In this document: one piece after another, positions 25,981 to 40,274 of the stretch | Layout: every line of letters starts with the position of its first letter | Position numbering within the stretch: the first letter of the stretch is position 1 | NCBI GenBank assembly: GCA_964187785.1 | Contig: OZ076409.1 | Coordinates: 7,380,001-7,444,000, forward strand | From: Amphiscolops sp. MND2022 | Lineage: Eukaryota | Direction of reading: 5' to 3' | DNA: 64,000 bases | The notes under the pieces: model-generated | Told to the model about the DNA's origin: nothing | The model's database searches: none | The model's input: the letters and a program-made list of their open reading frames with translations, nothing else | Program-made: the position numbers and the translations under genes

Positions 25981-27690
25981 TGCCATCGGGTGTCAGTACA
26001 GTGTACATCCATGGGGATTCGTCTTCACATTAAAATATCGTTTTTCGTCTGAAGCATCGAAGGGAGTTATCCTCAAATGCTCGGAGAAAGTAATTCAAGG
26101 TCATAGAACTTTCCCCCCTCCTCGGTTGCATGACATGTCAAGGTTAGTCAGTTTTTAATGTTTTCAAATCTACAATAACAGAGTTGAGAGCCGAAATTAT
26201 AAAGCAATGCCAGAAAAAAGTTCTGGATTTTGTAACTTTGGGTTGTTTATTGAAATGAAAAGTGAAGAAGTGATTCAACCAACCCTGTAGAGAATCAGCT
26301 TCAGTTGAACACTCGGAAGCGTCTCTTGAAGGTACATCTCCAGAAAAAGTCATATCCTGTTTGTCTATGTCTTTCGATTTGCTCGCAGCTAAAACCAAAG
26401 TATGATAAATAAGTACACCAAAATTCTCAAAGATCATCTTCTAGACTTCCTTTATATGCATGAACAAGACAATGCCCCAGCCGATACATTGATAAAAACA
26501 AAAAAAAAACAAAAAATGGGTTTACTTTACTGTAAAATTGGCCTGTACAGTTCCCTGATCTCAGCATTACATTATCGAAAATGTGTGGAGTGTCCTGAAG
26601 AAAAACAACTGTAAAAGACATCCGGAGAACCTGGAAGAACGTTGGACTTATGCACACGAAGAATTCGAAAAATTCCGGTTGAGTACATTGTAAAACTTTA
26701 AAACTCTTAATGTCTCGACGATTGCAGCTAGTTGTTGCAAGAAGAAGCTATCCGACGAAATATTACACTTTTTTCTACGTGATGGTACGTTTTGCATTTT
26801 TTTTCGTTTTTGGATACGTTTTGTTATATTTTTGATCTGACTTCAATTCGATAAAATTTTGTACGGGGTCGCGTTCTTTCCTCACACCACTGTAAATGAT
26901 TCTAATTTTATTTAGATACATGTTTATAAGCTTCGTGTATTTTTGGTCGGCGCTTCATGAACTGAAACGCGACTATTATAGTGACTCTTTTTTTTCAATC
27001 CACACGAACTGACCGAAAGAGTTCTTAAAAGTTCTACGAAATTTCATGAGACCAAATTGCAACATTTGGCTTAGCGAACTGAACCAAAAAAGTTTTTTTA
27101 TGTTTTTCCGCGTAACATACAATACCAGGACAGACTGAAGGGTCCCCCTTTTAGTTTTTTTTTCATTTTTTCAGCACTTTTAGACTTTTGTTCGAAAAAA
27201 ATATCATGAAATGGTCCCCCTTCAATTTTTAGACGTTTTGTAACAATGGATGTTATAAATCCGAAAAGATCCCACTTTTAGCGCGCCGGGGCCCGCTAGC
27301 GGGCACCCGGCTTGCAAATTTGGTCAAATTTCTTGGGTTTTTCAGGTACTGACTACTTGTAAAGAATACTTGTGAAGTAAGAAATACTTGACAGTTTGAA
27401 GTCCTTTTGCTATTTCTAAGCCTTAGATATGGCGCCGACTTATGCCGTTCCCGGCTTGTTTGGTACGAAATTGACTAATTTGCCGAAAATTCCTTTCAGT
27501 AATTTGAAATTTTCAACTCAAACATTTTTGCACTGTGTATATAGACGCAATGACTTCAGCCTTGTATGAGCGTGGGATCTTGAGGCTTTTCTTGTTTAGA
27601 GATGAATTTCAAATTTTTCTACTTTGTGAGTTCCAAAGTCATGTTTTATCAAAATTTTTGGGCCCACAATCAATACACAAGCTCCCTTGT

Positions 27691-30600
27691 AAATCAAATG
27701 AAACTATTTCTGGATCAATTGTGAGGTATTGCATCAAAAAAGACACGAAAACCACTTTCACCCTAACTCGAAAAGTCACATAGTGCCGAAAAAACACCGA
27801 GCGTGGGGCCCTCTGGTCTTCCCTTTACTTTTGTAAGCATAAAATTCTGGTTTAGTGCAATCAAATGACACTATTTTAGGATCAATTGTGAGGTATTGCA
27901 TCAAAAAAGACACGAAAACCACTTTACCCTAACTCGAAAAGTCACATAGTGCCGGAAAAAAACACCGAGCGTGGGGCCCTCTTGTCTTTCCTTTACTTTT
28001 GTAAGCATAAAATTCTGGTTTAGTGCAATCAAATGACACTATTTTAGGATCAATTGTGAGGTATTGCATCAAAAAAGACACGAAAACCACTTTCACCCTA
28101 ACTCGAAAAGTCACATAGTGCCGAAAAAACACCGAACGTGGGGCCCTCTGGTCTTCCCTTTACTTTTGTAAGCATAAAATTCTGGTTTAGTGCAATCAAA
28201 TGACACTATTTTAGGATCAATTGTGAGGTATTGCATCAAAAAAGACACGAAAACCACTTTCACCCTTACTCGAAAAGTCACATAGTGCCGAAAAAACACC
28301 GAACGTGGGGCCCTCTGGTCTTCCCTTTACTTTTGTAAGCATAAAATTCTGGTTTAGTGCAATCAAATGACACTATTTTAGGATCAATTGTGAGGTATTG
28401 CATCAAAAAAGACACGAAAACCACTTTACCCTAACTCGAAAAGTCACATAGTGCCGGAAAAAAACACCGAGCGTGGGGCCCTCTTGTCTTTCCTTTACTT
28501 TTGTAAGCATAAAATTCTGGTTTAGTGCAATCAAATGACACTATTTTAGGATCAATTGTGAGGTATTGCATCAAAAAAGACACGAAAACCACTTTCACCC
28601 TAACTCGAAAAGTCACATAGTGCCGAAAAAACACCGAGCGTGGGGCCCTCTGGTCTTCCCTTTACTTTTGTAAGCATAAAATTCTGGTTTAGTGCAATCA
28701 AATGACACTATTTTAGGATCAATTGTGAGGTATTGCATCAAAAAAGACACGAAAACCACTTTCACCCTAACTCGAAAAGTCACATAGTGCCGAAAAAACA
28801 CCGAACGTGGGGCCCTCTGGTCTTCCCTTTACTTTTGTAAGCATAAAATTCTGGTTTAGTGCAATCAAATGACACTATTTTAGGATCAATTGTGAGGTAT
28901 TGCATCAAAAAAGACACGAAAACCACTTTACCCTAACTCGAAAAGTCACATAGTGCCGGAAAAAAACACCGAGCGTGGGGCCCTCTTGTCTTTCCTTTAC
29001 TTTTGTAAGCATAAAATTCTGGTTTAGTGCAATCAAATGACACTATTTTAGGATCAATTGTGAGGTATTGCATCAAAAAAGACACGAAAACCACTTTCAC
29101 CCTAACTCGAAAAGTCACATAGTGCCGGAAAAAAACACCGAGCGTGGGGCCCTCTTGTCTTTCCTTTACTTTTGTAAGCATAAAATTCTGGTTTAGTGCA
29201 ATCAAATGACACTATTTTAGGATCAATTGTGAGGTATTGCATCAAAAAAGACACGAAAACCACTTTCACCCTAACTCGAAAAGTCACATAGTGCCGGAAA
29301 AAAACACCGAGCGTGGGGCCCTCTTGTCTTTCCTTTACTTTTGTAAGCATAAAATTCTGGTTTAGTGCAATCAAATGACACTATTTTAGGATCAATTGTG
29401 AGGTATTGCATCAAAAAAGACACGAAAACCACTTTACCCTAACTCGAAAAGTCACATAGTGCCGGAAAAAAACACCGAGCGTGGGGCCCTCTTGTCTTTC
29501 CTTTACTTTTGTAAGCATAAAATTCTGGTTTAGTGCAATCAAATGACACTATTTTAGGATCAATTGTGAGGTATTGCATCAAAAAAGACACGAAAACCAC
29601 TTTCACCCTAACTCGAAAAGTCACATAGTGCCGAAAAAACACCGAACGTGGGGCCCTCTGGTCTTCCCTTTACTTTTGTAAGCATAAAATTCTGGTTTAG
29701 TGCAATCAAATGACACTATTTTAGGATCAATTGTGAGGTATTGCATCAAAAAAGACACGAAAACCACTTTACCCTAACTCGAAAAGTCACATAGTGCCGG
29801 AAAAAAACACCGAGCGTGGGGCCCTCTTGTCTTTCCTTTACTTTTGTAAGCATAAAATTCTGGTTTAGTGCAATCAAATGACACTATTTTAGGATCAATT
29901 GTGAGGTATTGCATCAAAAAAGACACGAAAACCACTTTCACCCTAACTCGAAAAGTCACATAGTGCCGAAAAAACACCGAACGTGGGGCCCTCTGGTCTT
30001 TCCTTTACTTTTGTAAGCATAAAATTCTGGTTTAGTGCAATCAAATGACACTATTTTAGGATCAATTGTGAGGTATTGCATCAAAAAAGACACGAAAACC
30101 ACTTTCACCCTAACTCGAAAAGTCACATAGTGCCGAAAAAACACCGAACGTGGGGCCCTCTGGTCTTCCCTTTACTTTTGTAAGCATAAAATTCTGGTTT
30201 AGTGCAATCAAATGACACTATTTTAGGATCAATTGTGAGGTATTGCATCAAAAAAGACACGAAAACCACTTTCACCCTAACTCGAAAAGTCACATAGTGC
30301 CGAAAAAACACCGAACGTGGGGCCCTCTGGTCTTCCCTTTACTTTTGTAAGCATAAAATTCTGGTTTAGTGCAATCAAATGACACTATTTTAGGATCAAT
30401 TGTGAGGTATTGCATCAAAAAAGACACGAAAACCACTTTCACCCTAACTCGAAAAGTCACATAGTGCCGAAAAAACACCGAACGTGGGGCCCTCTGGTCT
30501 TCCCTTTACTTTTGTAAGCATAAAATTCTGGTTTAGTGCAATCAAATGACACTATTTTAGGATCAATTGTGAGGTATTGCATCAAAAAAGACACGAAAAC

Positions 30601-32044
30601 CACTTTCACCCTAACTCGAAAAGTCACATAGTGCCGAAAAAACACCGAACGTGGGGCCCTCTGGTCTTCCCTTTACTTTTGTAAGCATAAAATTCTGGTT
30701 TAGTGCAATCAAATGACACTATTTTAGGATCAATTGTGAGGTATTGCATCAAAAAAGACACGAAAACCACTTTCACCCTAACTCGAAAAGTCACATAGTG
30801 CCGAAAAAACACCGAACATGGGGCCCTCTGGTCTTCCCTTTACTTTTGTAAGCATAAAATTCTGGTTTAGTGCAATCAAATGACACTATTTTAGGATCAA
30901 TTGTGAGGTATTGCATCAAAAAAGACACGAAAACCACTTTCACCCTAACTCGAAAAGTCACATAGTGCCGAAAAAACACCGAACGTGGGGCCCTCTGGTC
31001 TTCCCTTTACTTTTGTAAGCATAAAATTCTGGTTTAGTGCAATCAAATGACACTATTTTAGGATCAATTGTGAGGTATTGCATCAAAAAAGACACGAAAA
31101 CCACTTTACCCTAACTCGAAAAGTCACATAGTGCCGGAAAAAAACACCGAGCGTGGGGCCCTCTTGTCTTTCCTTTACTTTTGTAAGCATAAAATTCTGG
31201 TTTAGTGCAATCAAATGACACTATTTTAGGATCAATTGTGAGGTATTGCATCAAAAAAGACACGAAAACCACTTTCACCCTAACTCGAAAAGTCACATAG
31301 TGCCGAAAAAACACCGAACGTGGGGCCCTCTGGTCTTTCCTTTACTTTTGTAAGCATAAAATTCTGGTTTAGTGCAATCAAATGACACTATTTTAGGATC
31401 AATTGTGAGGTATTGCATCAAAAAAGACACGAAAACCACTTTCACCCTAACTCGAAAAGTCACATAGTGCCGAAAAAACACCGAACGTGGGGCCCTCTGG
31501 TCTTCCCTTTACTTTTGTAAGCATAAAATTCTGGTTTAGTGCAATCAAATGACACTATTTTAGGATCAATTGTGAGGTATTGCATCAAAAAAGACACGAA
31601 AACCACTTTCACCCTAACTCGAAAAGTCACATAGTGCCGAAAAAACACCGAACGTGGGGCCTCTGGTCTTTCCTTTACTTTTGTAAGCATAAAATTCTGG
31701 TTTAGTGCAATCAAATGACACTATTTTAGGATCAATTGTGAGGTATTGCATCAAAAAAGACACGAAAACCACTTTCACCCTAACTCGAAAAGTCACATAG
31801 TGCCGAAAAAACACCGAGCGTGGGGCCCTCTTGTCTTTCCTTTACTTTTGTAAGCATAAAATTCTGGTTTAGTGCAATCAAATGACACTATTTTAGGATC
31901 AATTGTGAGGTATTGCATCAAAAAAGACACGAAAACCACTTTCACCCTAACTCGAAAAGTCACATAGTGCCGAAAAAACACCGAACGTGGGGCCCTCTGG
32001 TCTTTCCTTTACTTTTGTAAGCATAAAATTCTGGTTTAGTGCAA
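27691..32044. repeat. ~167-169 bp satellite array (~26 highly similar units)
   Basis: Unit ATCAAATGACACTATTTTAGGATCAATTGTGAGG...CTGGTTTAGTGCA repeats head-to-tail, with two interspersed subtypes. Confidence 0.98.
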
Positions 32045-32531
32045 AACTCGAACCCACGTACTCTTTCTTCATCTCAGACATCGTCTTCAAGAAATCAGAG
32101 TTAACCTCTAGGCCTAGTAGCAGTTAGAGTACAGTAACTTATCGAAATGCTTTTAAAAATCTGTCAATTCGCTAGTATTAAAATAAAACTTTTGTTGAAC
32201 TTTTTTGGTCACTTTCACAAACTTGAAAACCAACGAAAATGCTCAAAATCGTCGGCCTTTTCTTAAAATTGCGTCACATTAAAATAGCTCCTCTGTCAAA
32301 CTCCAGAAACTGTTTGGGAATTTTGAAAAAACACGTTCGAGTTATTCGATCCGTTAAGTCAAAGGTGACACTAAATTATTCTTTATAAGATCTTTATCCA
32401 CACATTATAATTATTATATTTATTTTTACCCACCCACACACAAAAAAACAATACTTTTGTTCCATTGATAAGGATCCCTCTTCAAAAGCCAAGTTCTCTT
32501 AGGGGTCCATTTCAGGGGCTGCAGTGTACAT

Positions 32532-33317
32532 GGGAGGCGGAAATTTCGTCGCCAGAAATTTCGTCGTCAGAAATTTCGTCGTAGGAAATTTCGTCGTATT
32601 CGCAAATCCAGAAATTTCGTCGTCAGAAATTTCGTCGTCGGAAATTTCGTCGTATTGATTAGAATTAACAGCGTTAACGAAAAGACATCATTTTAATTAT
32701 TCAATTATTAGGTTATTAAATTGTTAAGTTAGATCTTAAGAACAAGTTTCAGTTTGACACCAAAATTGGATCAAAAAGTTAATTGCATCTAGACAACTCA
32801 TCAAGAAGCTTATTGAGCAATGGTATACCTATTTTCAGTCCTACTGGTGGAACTACTTTACAATACAATTGAGGCTTGTTCCAGGGGTGAATTTTTGTTT
32901 TTTAATCAAAAAATTATTTTAAAACTCATGGTAATTTTTGCTTTAAGTGTCGAAACAAATTCGTGTTGGGGGTATAAGAAACAAGGTTCATCTGGGGGTA
33001 TAAAGAACATGGTCCGAAACTGATTCTCTCAAAACCATAACTAAAAGTAGTCAATGATAGCAATAATTGCACAATTATCGATAATTATAAGATAATTATC
33101 GATAATTATAAGATAATTAACAAGACTCGATAATTATTAGGACTCAATGATAAAACGGTTCCTAAAAGATTAGAAAAAATGCGACGGTTTATAGAACGTA
33201 ATCACCGACGACGAAATTTCTGACGACGAAATTTCTGACGACGAAATTTCCGACAACGAAATTTCTGGCGACGAAATTTCTGACGACGAAATTTCCGACG
33301 ACGAAATTTCTGGTAAT
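32532..33317. mobile_element. Foldback/Mutator-like non-autonomous element
   Basis: (GAAATTTCGTCGTCA)n at 32541-32656 is inverted at 33207-33312. Flanking direct repeat CAGTGTACAT at 32522-32531 and 33318-33327. Confidence 0.85.
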
Positions 33318-33377
33318 CAGTGTACATTCTTCATGTTAAAATATTTTCTATAATTTATGCCCTCTTGTAACTTGAAT

Positions 33378-33569
33378 TACACCATTTCAAACCAATTTTC
33401 GTCTTTCCCAAATTTAATTTCGTCCGAGCCAAAATCAAATTCGTCGCGGTGGCTTCCGTGAAACCAATTTCGTCCTATTTAATTTCGACTTATAATAAAT
33501 TGACAAAAAAACTTAAAACCAAGACGAAATTGAATTTGGGAAGGGCGAAAATTCGTTTGAAATGGTGTA
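33378..33569. mobile_element. Small MITE
   Basis: ~45-bp TIR TACACCATTTCAAACCAATTTTCG / CGAAAATTCGTTTGAAATGGTGTA. Confidence 0.75.
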
Positions 33570-34737
33570 TTATTGTTAATATTCTTTGTTTTTATCTTTG
33601 AACCTACCTGATTCACCTTGTTGAATTATTTCTGCTGGTAGTTCTGGACCTAGAACCCAAACTTCTTCTTCTTCTTCTTCTTCATTTCCTTCCCTGTTAT
33701 GTTCAGTCCCCTCTCCAATTCCTAAAAAACTAACCTTTTTGGCTAATATAAACTGATTGGCTTCTTAGTTCTATAACTAGGTTTGAAAAACCAATTGAAG
33801 GATTTTTGCGACTTCAATTATTTAGTTTAAACGCACAAATGGAAGGAATCACAAGACATCAGTCCTTTTCGCAGTAATGGTTTTGAAAAGTTGTTTATAA
33901 CGGGCGCGAAATAGTTATTAGGGGTGCAATGTTTTCAAAAATTGAGAAAAAAGAAAGTTAGCAAGAATATTGTGAGATTATTGGGAAATTCGGTCAAGTT
34001 CAAAAGTAATTATTTCCTTCGGTTTCAATTTTTTCGCATTCTCGTATTTTTGAACGCGTCAAGAAGAATATTTATTTATTCAAACATTTATTAATCAGAT
34101 AGCCGTTAAAATAACTGGATATTTTCCTCAAGTTTTTAGGCTCGAGATTTCCGAAAAGATTTTTTTCTGATGAATCCGCGTACGTTCGCAGTAAGCATTT
34201 TCAGCTTCAAACTGACGATTTTAGGACGAAATCACTCTTAACGTTATACAATTGATTAATTTAGAGTTTCTTCTGAACTGAAGTATACATGCATACTCTA
34301 ATCGAACTCTAAGTTACTCTAAGAAACAAAATTCTCAAGATTCTTCAACGGATCCTCAGAAAAAATGTCTAGTATTTTCCTCAAACTTAGCAAAAAAATT
34401 ATCTGAAACATTTCGAACACATCATGGTCTTGTTTCTTCCCGTGAAACCTGGAAGATTCTGACAGCAAATGTATAAATGTTCAACTAGGGTATAATACGC
34501 AGGCATGAATATATTTAGGATACATAACAGAAACCTAGGGTACCTTTGGGGCTGATTGTGATGATGGTAGGGACGCTCATGTTTTTTTCACCCACGCACA
34601 CAAAAAGCATCACTTCGTACAGCTTTTCACTGATCAGACCCTGGATTCGACATCCCCTGCGAGAAGCAAAATGATTGTTGAATTTTTTGGTTACACGATA
34701 TTTCGTCCTATGCAATTTCAACCGTTGCCGTTTCAAC

Positions 34738-36037
34738 CAGACCTTTGCCTTCAAAAATTGATTGCGTGGTCAAAAAATCAATTATTTGAAAACAATCAGT
34801 TAAATGTAATTGCAAAAGAGCATAACTCAACTATTGCAATTAATTCCAATTAATTGTTTACAATTAGCACAGTTCAGTCACAGTTTCAGCGTCCCAAAAT
34901 TTTTTGTTGATCTTCAGAAATAATTGCATTTCCAAGGCGTAAGGCCTTGCCGATGATCGCTGAAGGCAAGCCCAGATGTACTAAAAAATCGCTCGATAAT
35001 GTTCGAAGTTGCGAGCAGATATCTAGAGTCTTGAAAAGCGCATTTGGCCTGACAATATAATTTTCTAGTTTTCGCTTTCTCAGTAAATTTCCTACTGAGC
35101 CTGGAGAATCCAAGGCGTCACCAGCCTCCATTGTTGCAGAAGTTGTTTGCTGCATCTTAAGACAGAGGATAGCTGCTTCTTCATCATCCGTCAATGTTCA
35201 CTAAATTTTGCGGCCTTTCTTGGAAATTATTGTCTAGGAATCTTCGTTAAAGGTAAGCTGAGGTTGGTTAGATAGTTTGTTCATTGCTGAAAGTGAAATA
35301 CGTAAGAGCGATGTCTTCAGGCAATAAATCTACCATTTCAGAGTTCTAGGTGCGTAGCGTATGGTTTTGGCTCAGGTTAATATACGAATAACTAGCTTCA
35401 AGTAGTTTATCAAACAAGTTTTTGTGAATAGCTTGGGTAGTAATAGCGTTGCAACCACCATTTGGACAGAAGCGGCGATGTAAACTATTGTTTAAAACAG
35501 TCTTGTATACGCACTTAGCCGCCACATTGTGTATGCATAGTGCACACGGTGCTCCATATGCATGTACAGTGCACTTTGTGATCTTTTTGTAGGTATATTT
35601 CACTTCGTGCTCCAGGTGTGCCTAAAGTTTAATTGCCCTCCATGAATACGAATTTTGATCATAAAATAACGACGACTTAAACTAAGATGATAAATCGAAA
35701 ATTTTCATTAACTAGAGACCGATTGGGAGCGAAAAACACATTTCCCGCGGTCCGTACTCCAAATGGGTCACGAGGGGATACTTTTTGCAACAATGGGTTG
35801 ATAGAAGTGATAGTGGTAGCAAAAACTAATTTTTAAAATTGTACAATGTGCTCTATGTGCATGTATATTGACATATAATTTTCAGCTCATGTCCTTAGAC
35901 CAATCAATTGGCAACTAATTGCAATTAATTGAGATTGGCAACAATCAATTAATGCAATTAGTGAAGTACCAACAATCAATTATTTCGCCAATTGATTGCA
36001 ATTAGTTTTAGGGGCAGTTAAGTTTTGAAGGGGTCTG
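34738..36037. mobile_element. Possible hAT-like non-autonomous element nested in a TTCAACC-repeat element
   Basis: Imperfect TIR CAGACC..CCTTCAAAA / TTTTGAAGGGGTCTG; flanks GTTTCAAC / AATTCAAC; CAATT-rich subterminal motifs at both ends. Confidence 0.5.
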
Positions 36038-36569
36038 AATTCAACCGATCACAACAAGTTCAACCTATTGCCGTTTCAACCTTCCGCGATTTCCACCTTA
36101 ACTTCTAATTCAATTGAGTTACAGGTGAACATCGGTATAATACCTTTTCGTGGTTCAAGAAAATGTACATCATAACTGGAGTTACAGTATAACCGGTAAA
36201 GAAAAAAAACATTTCTCAACTTCAGTTGAAAAAATAAGTTGAAACAGCTTCAAGTTTTTTTATTCATAAATGAATTATAAATCGAGTTCTTGAGGTTTTC
36301 AGCAGAATATAGTTTTCCGCTGTCGCCCATCAAAGAAAAAAGGGTTTCCAGAACTTGAGCACAGTTACACGTCTCGTTAAATTGCCTCAAGTTGACTTTG
36401 CTTAGGTAAGTAAAACAATGCAATGATTAACCGTTATTTCAAGTATGAATTCTATACCTATTTCATCATTGAATAAATTCTTTTCACGAAGTAGGCAGTG
36501 AAACTTGACAGTAATTACGTATGTATGATATCCAGGTTGTAATTGGTTCGAAAACTGCCTTACTGAAAC

Positions 36570-38106
36570 CAGGGATTGGGAATAATGTAATGCATTAACA
36601 ATGGACCCTAAGCATGCATTGAATGTTAATGGACACCACGCCTCCATTCATTAAAAGCAATTAATGCATTAAATGAAAATATTAAATTTTATAAAATCAT
36701 TCATTGAAAATTTTAGAAGAAATAACGCGCCTGACTGTTCCTCCTTAAATGTTTGTCGAAAACTGTTAAGTTATCTGAAGCTTAACTAATGCTAGATCAT
36801 TAACGTACCTATTACACAAAACGAAGTGATTTTATGTCTGCAGTTTTAATCGAATATTCGAGATGTTCTTTCAATAGAAAGTACCGCTCCAACATTGCTA
36901 ACGTTGAAGATCATCGGGTGACATTTCTTGTTTGGGCGCGCAAAGACGTTTTTGACCTTAACTTTCCTGATTGCTTGAGTGACTGCAATTCGACCAAACT
37001 TTTGTTGATAAGATCTGTTTCTGTTTCAAATCCTGCGAAAATTTGCTTCAATGCCAAATTCAGTCTGTGACTGGCGAACCCAATCAGAGGTAAACCAAGC
37101 TTTTTCGAAGTAGCAAAATGCGGGGCTTGCAGTGTGCCATCATTATCACCATACAAAGCGAAAACCCCTATATAATGGCTCGAAGTTTCCATGCCTGACC
37201 ATCCATCGATCATGATTCTGAAACGTGCCGGTAGTTCTTTAGTGAGGTGTGTTATGTATTTCGTGTAGGTTTTTGTTGTCATTGGGTTTAACTTTGTGTA
37301 CTTCGCTGTATAGGAATCTTCACAAAAGCTAAAGGAAGCCTCGAGGAAATCCAGTATATTCATCCGTAGACGTTTTTAGCTTTATCAGAGAGAGAAACTG
37401 ACGATAAACGTGAATTTGACTTTATAACTGTGAGTTAATCCGGATGACACCCCCTGACTGGGCTTGTAGTTTCAAAAGATTCCGTAACCCACATATCTTA
37501 GATGTTCCCACCGACCCTGTTTTTACCACTGACCCTGTGTACAACAACCAGTACACGTATGGTGTCACGATATCCTCTTTGTCAATTCATGAAGAACGTG
37601 TTTGACGTGTTTCGTTTCTCAAATACCAAAACGGCTATGTCTAGAAAGCACAACAAGAACGCATCAACAAACGTGACAATTATTTTTCAATAAACAATTA
37701 TTTTTACAAGCCCTGCCTGCGAATATGTTTCATCAGGTTTCCGTGTCCCTGTTTTAAAATTTGTTTTCACCTAATTCCAAATTTACATACCTAATCGTCA
37801 GTTGAATCGGCTTTGCGTTTGAAATAGAGATTTACTATATCTTTGTTAGGTAACGGCATCCTTAACAAACTGGCTATTCAATAACTGTGCTGTATTTCAA
37901 TAACTCACATCCGGGAGGTTCGTGCGGCAGGCTCGCCTTAAACTAATCTAATTAGGAAGACCAATTAGTTCAATCATCGTAAAATTGTTCGCATTCATTG
38001 AATTCTTTGCATTTATCAAAGGTTAATGAAAAGACTCCGTCATTCATTAAATCCAATTAATATAATGACATTAAATGCAAACACATTATATATTTCCCTA
38101 TCCCTG
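36570..38106 (-). mobile_element. hAT DNA transposon, internally deleted, with transposase remnant at 36911-37363
   Basis: TIR CAGGGATTGGGAA / TTCCCTATCCCTG; 8-bp TSD ACTGAAAC/ACTGAAAT; motifs FRIMIDGWS, SHRLNLA and NVTR. Confidence 0.9.
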
Positions 38107-38277
38107 ACTGAAATTGTATTGTTGCGAGATTTTAACTGAAACGCATGTTTAGTATAATCGAGGTTTCATTTTTTTGGGAGAATCAATTCATTACAATATT
38201 ACGCAGGTTACAATATGAGCGACGTCTATGCTAACGCAATTCAACTGTATTATTTCAGTACTATCTTCAGTAATGAA

Positions 38278-39200
38278 CAGGGCCTATCATTAATGTAGTG
38301 TGTATTACATTCAATTACATTAGTTAAAATGCATTTAAAGAACGAGCGTTGTTAATATTACCATATATAGATTGTATATGGAAACAATTATTGCTACCAT
38401 TAATATAAACCGCAACTTCAGCGAAATCACACATTTTGATCACGAGTTCCATACTTGATACATGTAATGCGTGCGTGGGCGACGCGATATATCGAGATGC
38501 GTATTTGTCACGGTGGATGTTTGCTGACACCTAATTTCACACGTAGTTTCCAAATTGTTTTCACGCTGTTTTCACATGCACTTAACATGACACCTCAACT
38601 TCTACAGCCAATTACCCTTCAAAAATCGTCTACTCACTGACATAATTAATGACCGCAATCAGCATCTATTTGTGTGCTGATAACTTTCAACTTGCATCTC
38701 GTTCCGTAACATGGCTAGTGCTACATCAAAAAACACGGAAATTGTTAAATTCTTTTTCACTCCGGTGCCAGGAATTTCTGACAAATTCCTTTGCAAATGT
38801 GGCAAGGAAAGAAAGCAAAATCCCAAACGAGGCCATGGCAACTTATTAGAACATATTACACGGGAGCGCAAGAATTATCTGGAAGAAGTACGCTCTTACG
38901 GAATTAAATCACTTTTCCCACATCCAATATACTGGAACGATTTTTCAGCGAAGCAAAATATTTTCATCCGGAATACCGACATGCTTTACTGCCTGAAAAT
39001 CTCGAAGCTCAATTGTTTCTGCATGTGAACCATTCGTTTTGGAAAGAAAATGACATTCAGGAACTGCTCAACTCTTTACCTTTGCATAATTGAACATTTA
39101 ATGGCAAATAATGCATTTAATGTAAAACTGTTTTTAACATTAACATTCAATGAATGCCAAGGGTCCATTAATATTGACATTACATTAATGATAGGCCCTG
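38278..39200 (+). mobile_element. hAT deletion derivative
   Basis: TIR CAGGGCCTATCATTAATGTA / TACATTAATGATAGGCCCTG; TSD GTAATGAA/GTAGTGAA. BED-like remnant (FLCKCGK...NLLEHI) and dimerisation-tail remnant (PENLEAQLFLHVN). Confidence 0.9.
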
Positions 39201-39573
39201 GTAGTGAATCAAACAGCCCTAAATAATGGTGATCCTTCAAGAAGAAACCAGAACAAATCAAAACTGGCGTGAAAAGTAGTACAGTTGAATTTAGAAATGC
39301 ATGACAATAAGGACTACCATAGTCAAATTTACAAGGCTGATGAGAAGAAAGAGAATACTGAAATTTTCAAAACATTATTTAGTTTTTTTTAGAAACGCCG
39401 AGTTTAAAAGAGTCCAGAAATCTCAAAGAAAATAAATTTTCATCTTTGTCCAAAGTTTCACCATTGTTCACTGAAGAAGAAAGACCCCTTTCGAATAAAA
39501 AACTACATCCTGCTATATCATTACAATCCTTTAGGGAAAAAATAACACTATGCCTTTAGTAAGACAGTGTTGG

Positions 39574-40000
39574 GCCACAACTCATATCAGGCGACAACTC
39601 ATATTAATTTCAAAAAACGACAACTCATATCAAGCGATAACTCCTAATAATCAAAACTCATATCAGAAAATTAAAATCTATATAGGAAATTTTATTCCAA
39701 ATATATCATCAGCTAGTTACCGAAGTTTTACAAATTATAAAATAATATCAAGATTTCATGGTAAATATCAATGTAAAGGATAGTTACTTCATTTATCCAA
39801 AAAAGTTGCAGAAAAAATAACGTTGAGGAGAGCGCGTCAAAAGCAAAATGATGCCAAAGGAACTTTGAAAATTCTAATTGCAGTTAATTATAAGTTGTTT
39901 TAGTATTAATTTTAGATATTTGTACCCTATTGTCTAATTTGATATGAGTTGTCGCTTTCTCATCATTGATATGAGTTATCGCTTGATATGAAAAGTCGCT
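39574..40000. mobile_element. Foldback/MITE, same family as 17205-17800
   Basis: ACAACTCATATCA units at the left end, GATATGAGTTGTCGC units at the right end. Confidence 0.7.
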
Positions 40001-40274
40001 ATCCCATGTTTAGCACTCCCTGCAAATCTGTTCAGGTCTGTCTCGATCGAATCTCTCAGCTGCAATACTTGTTGAAGAAGCCCCAAATGAAATACGTTGT
40101 TTCACCAGAAGATCCTCAAAAATGTTCCTAAAAAATCTGTACAGAAAACTTTCGAAAATCAGTGAAGATCCTTGCAGATCTGCAGTTGTCCTTACGTAGT
40201 AGTGGCACGATCTTTACAGATCCTCAAAGAAAATTGGCTCGCAGATTTGTACAGATTCTGAAGGGAAGCTCAAC

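Noticed and set aside
24041..26158. Six ORFs of 620-680 aa
   Set aside because: All six frames are open because the 45-bp unit lacks stops; half-unit slips swap frames, as expected for non-coding repeats.
27691..32044. CRISPR array or repeated small genes (MFFRHYVTF...)
   Set aside because: Units are contiguous and near-identical with no unique spacers or cas genes, in a eukaryotic context; the ORFs are repeat artefacts.
34886..35603. Short ORFs (102 and 85 aa) as genes
   Set aside because: They lie inside a probable non-autonomous element and have no motif I can support.
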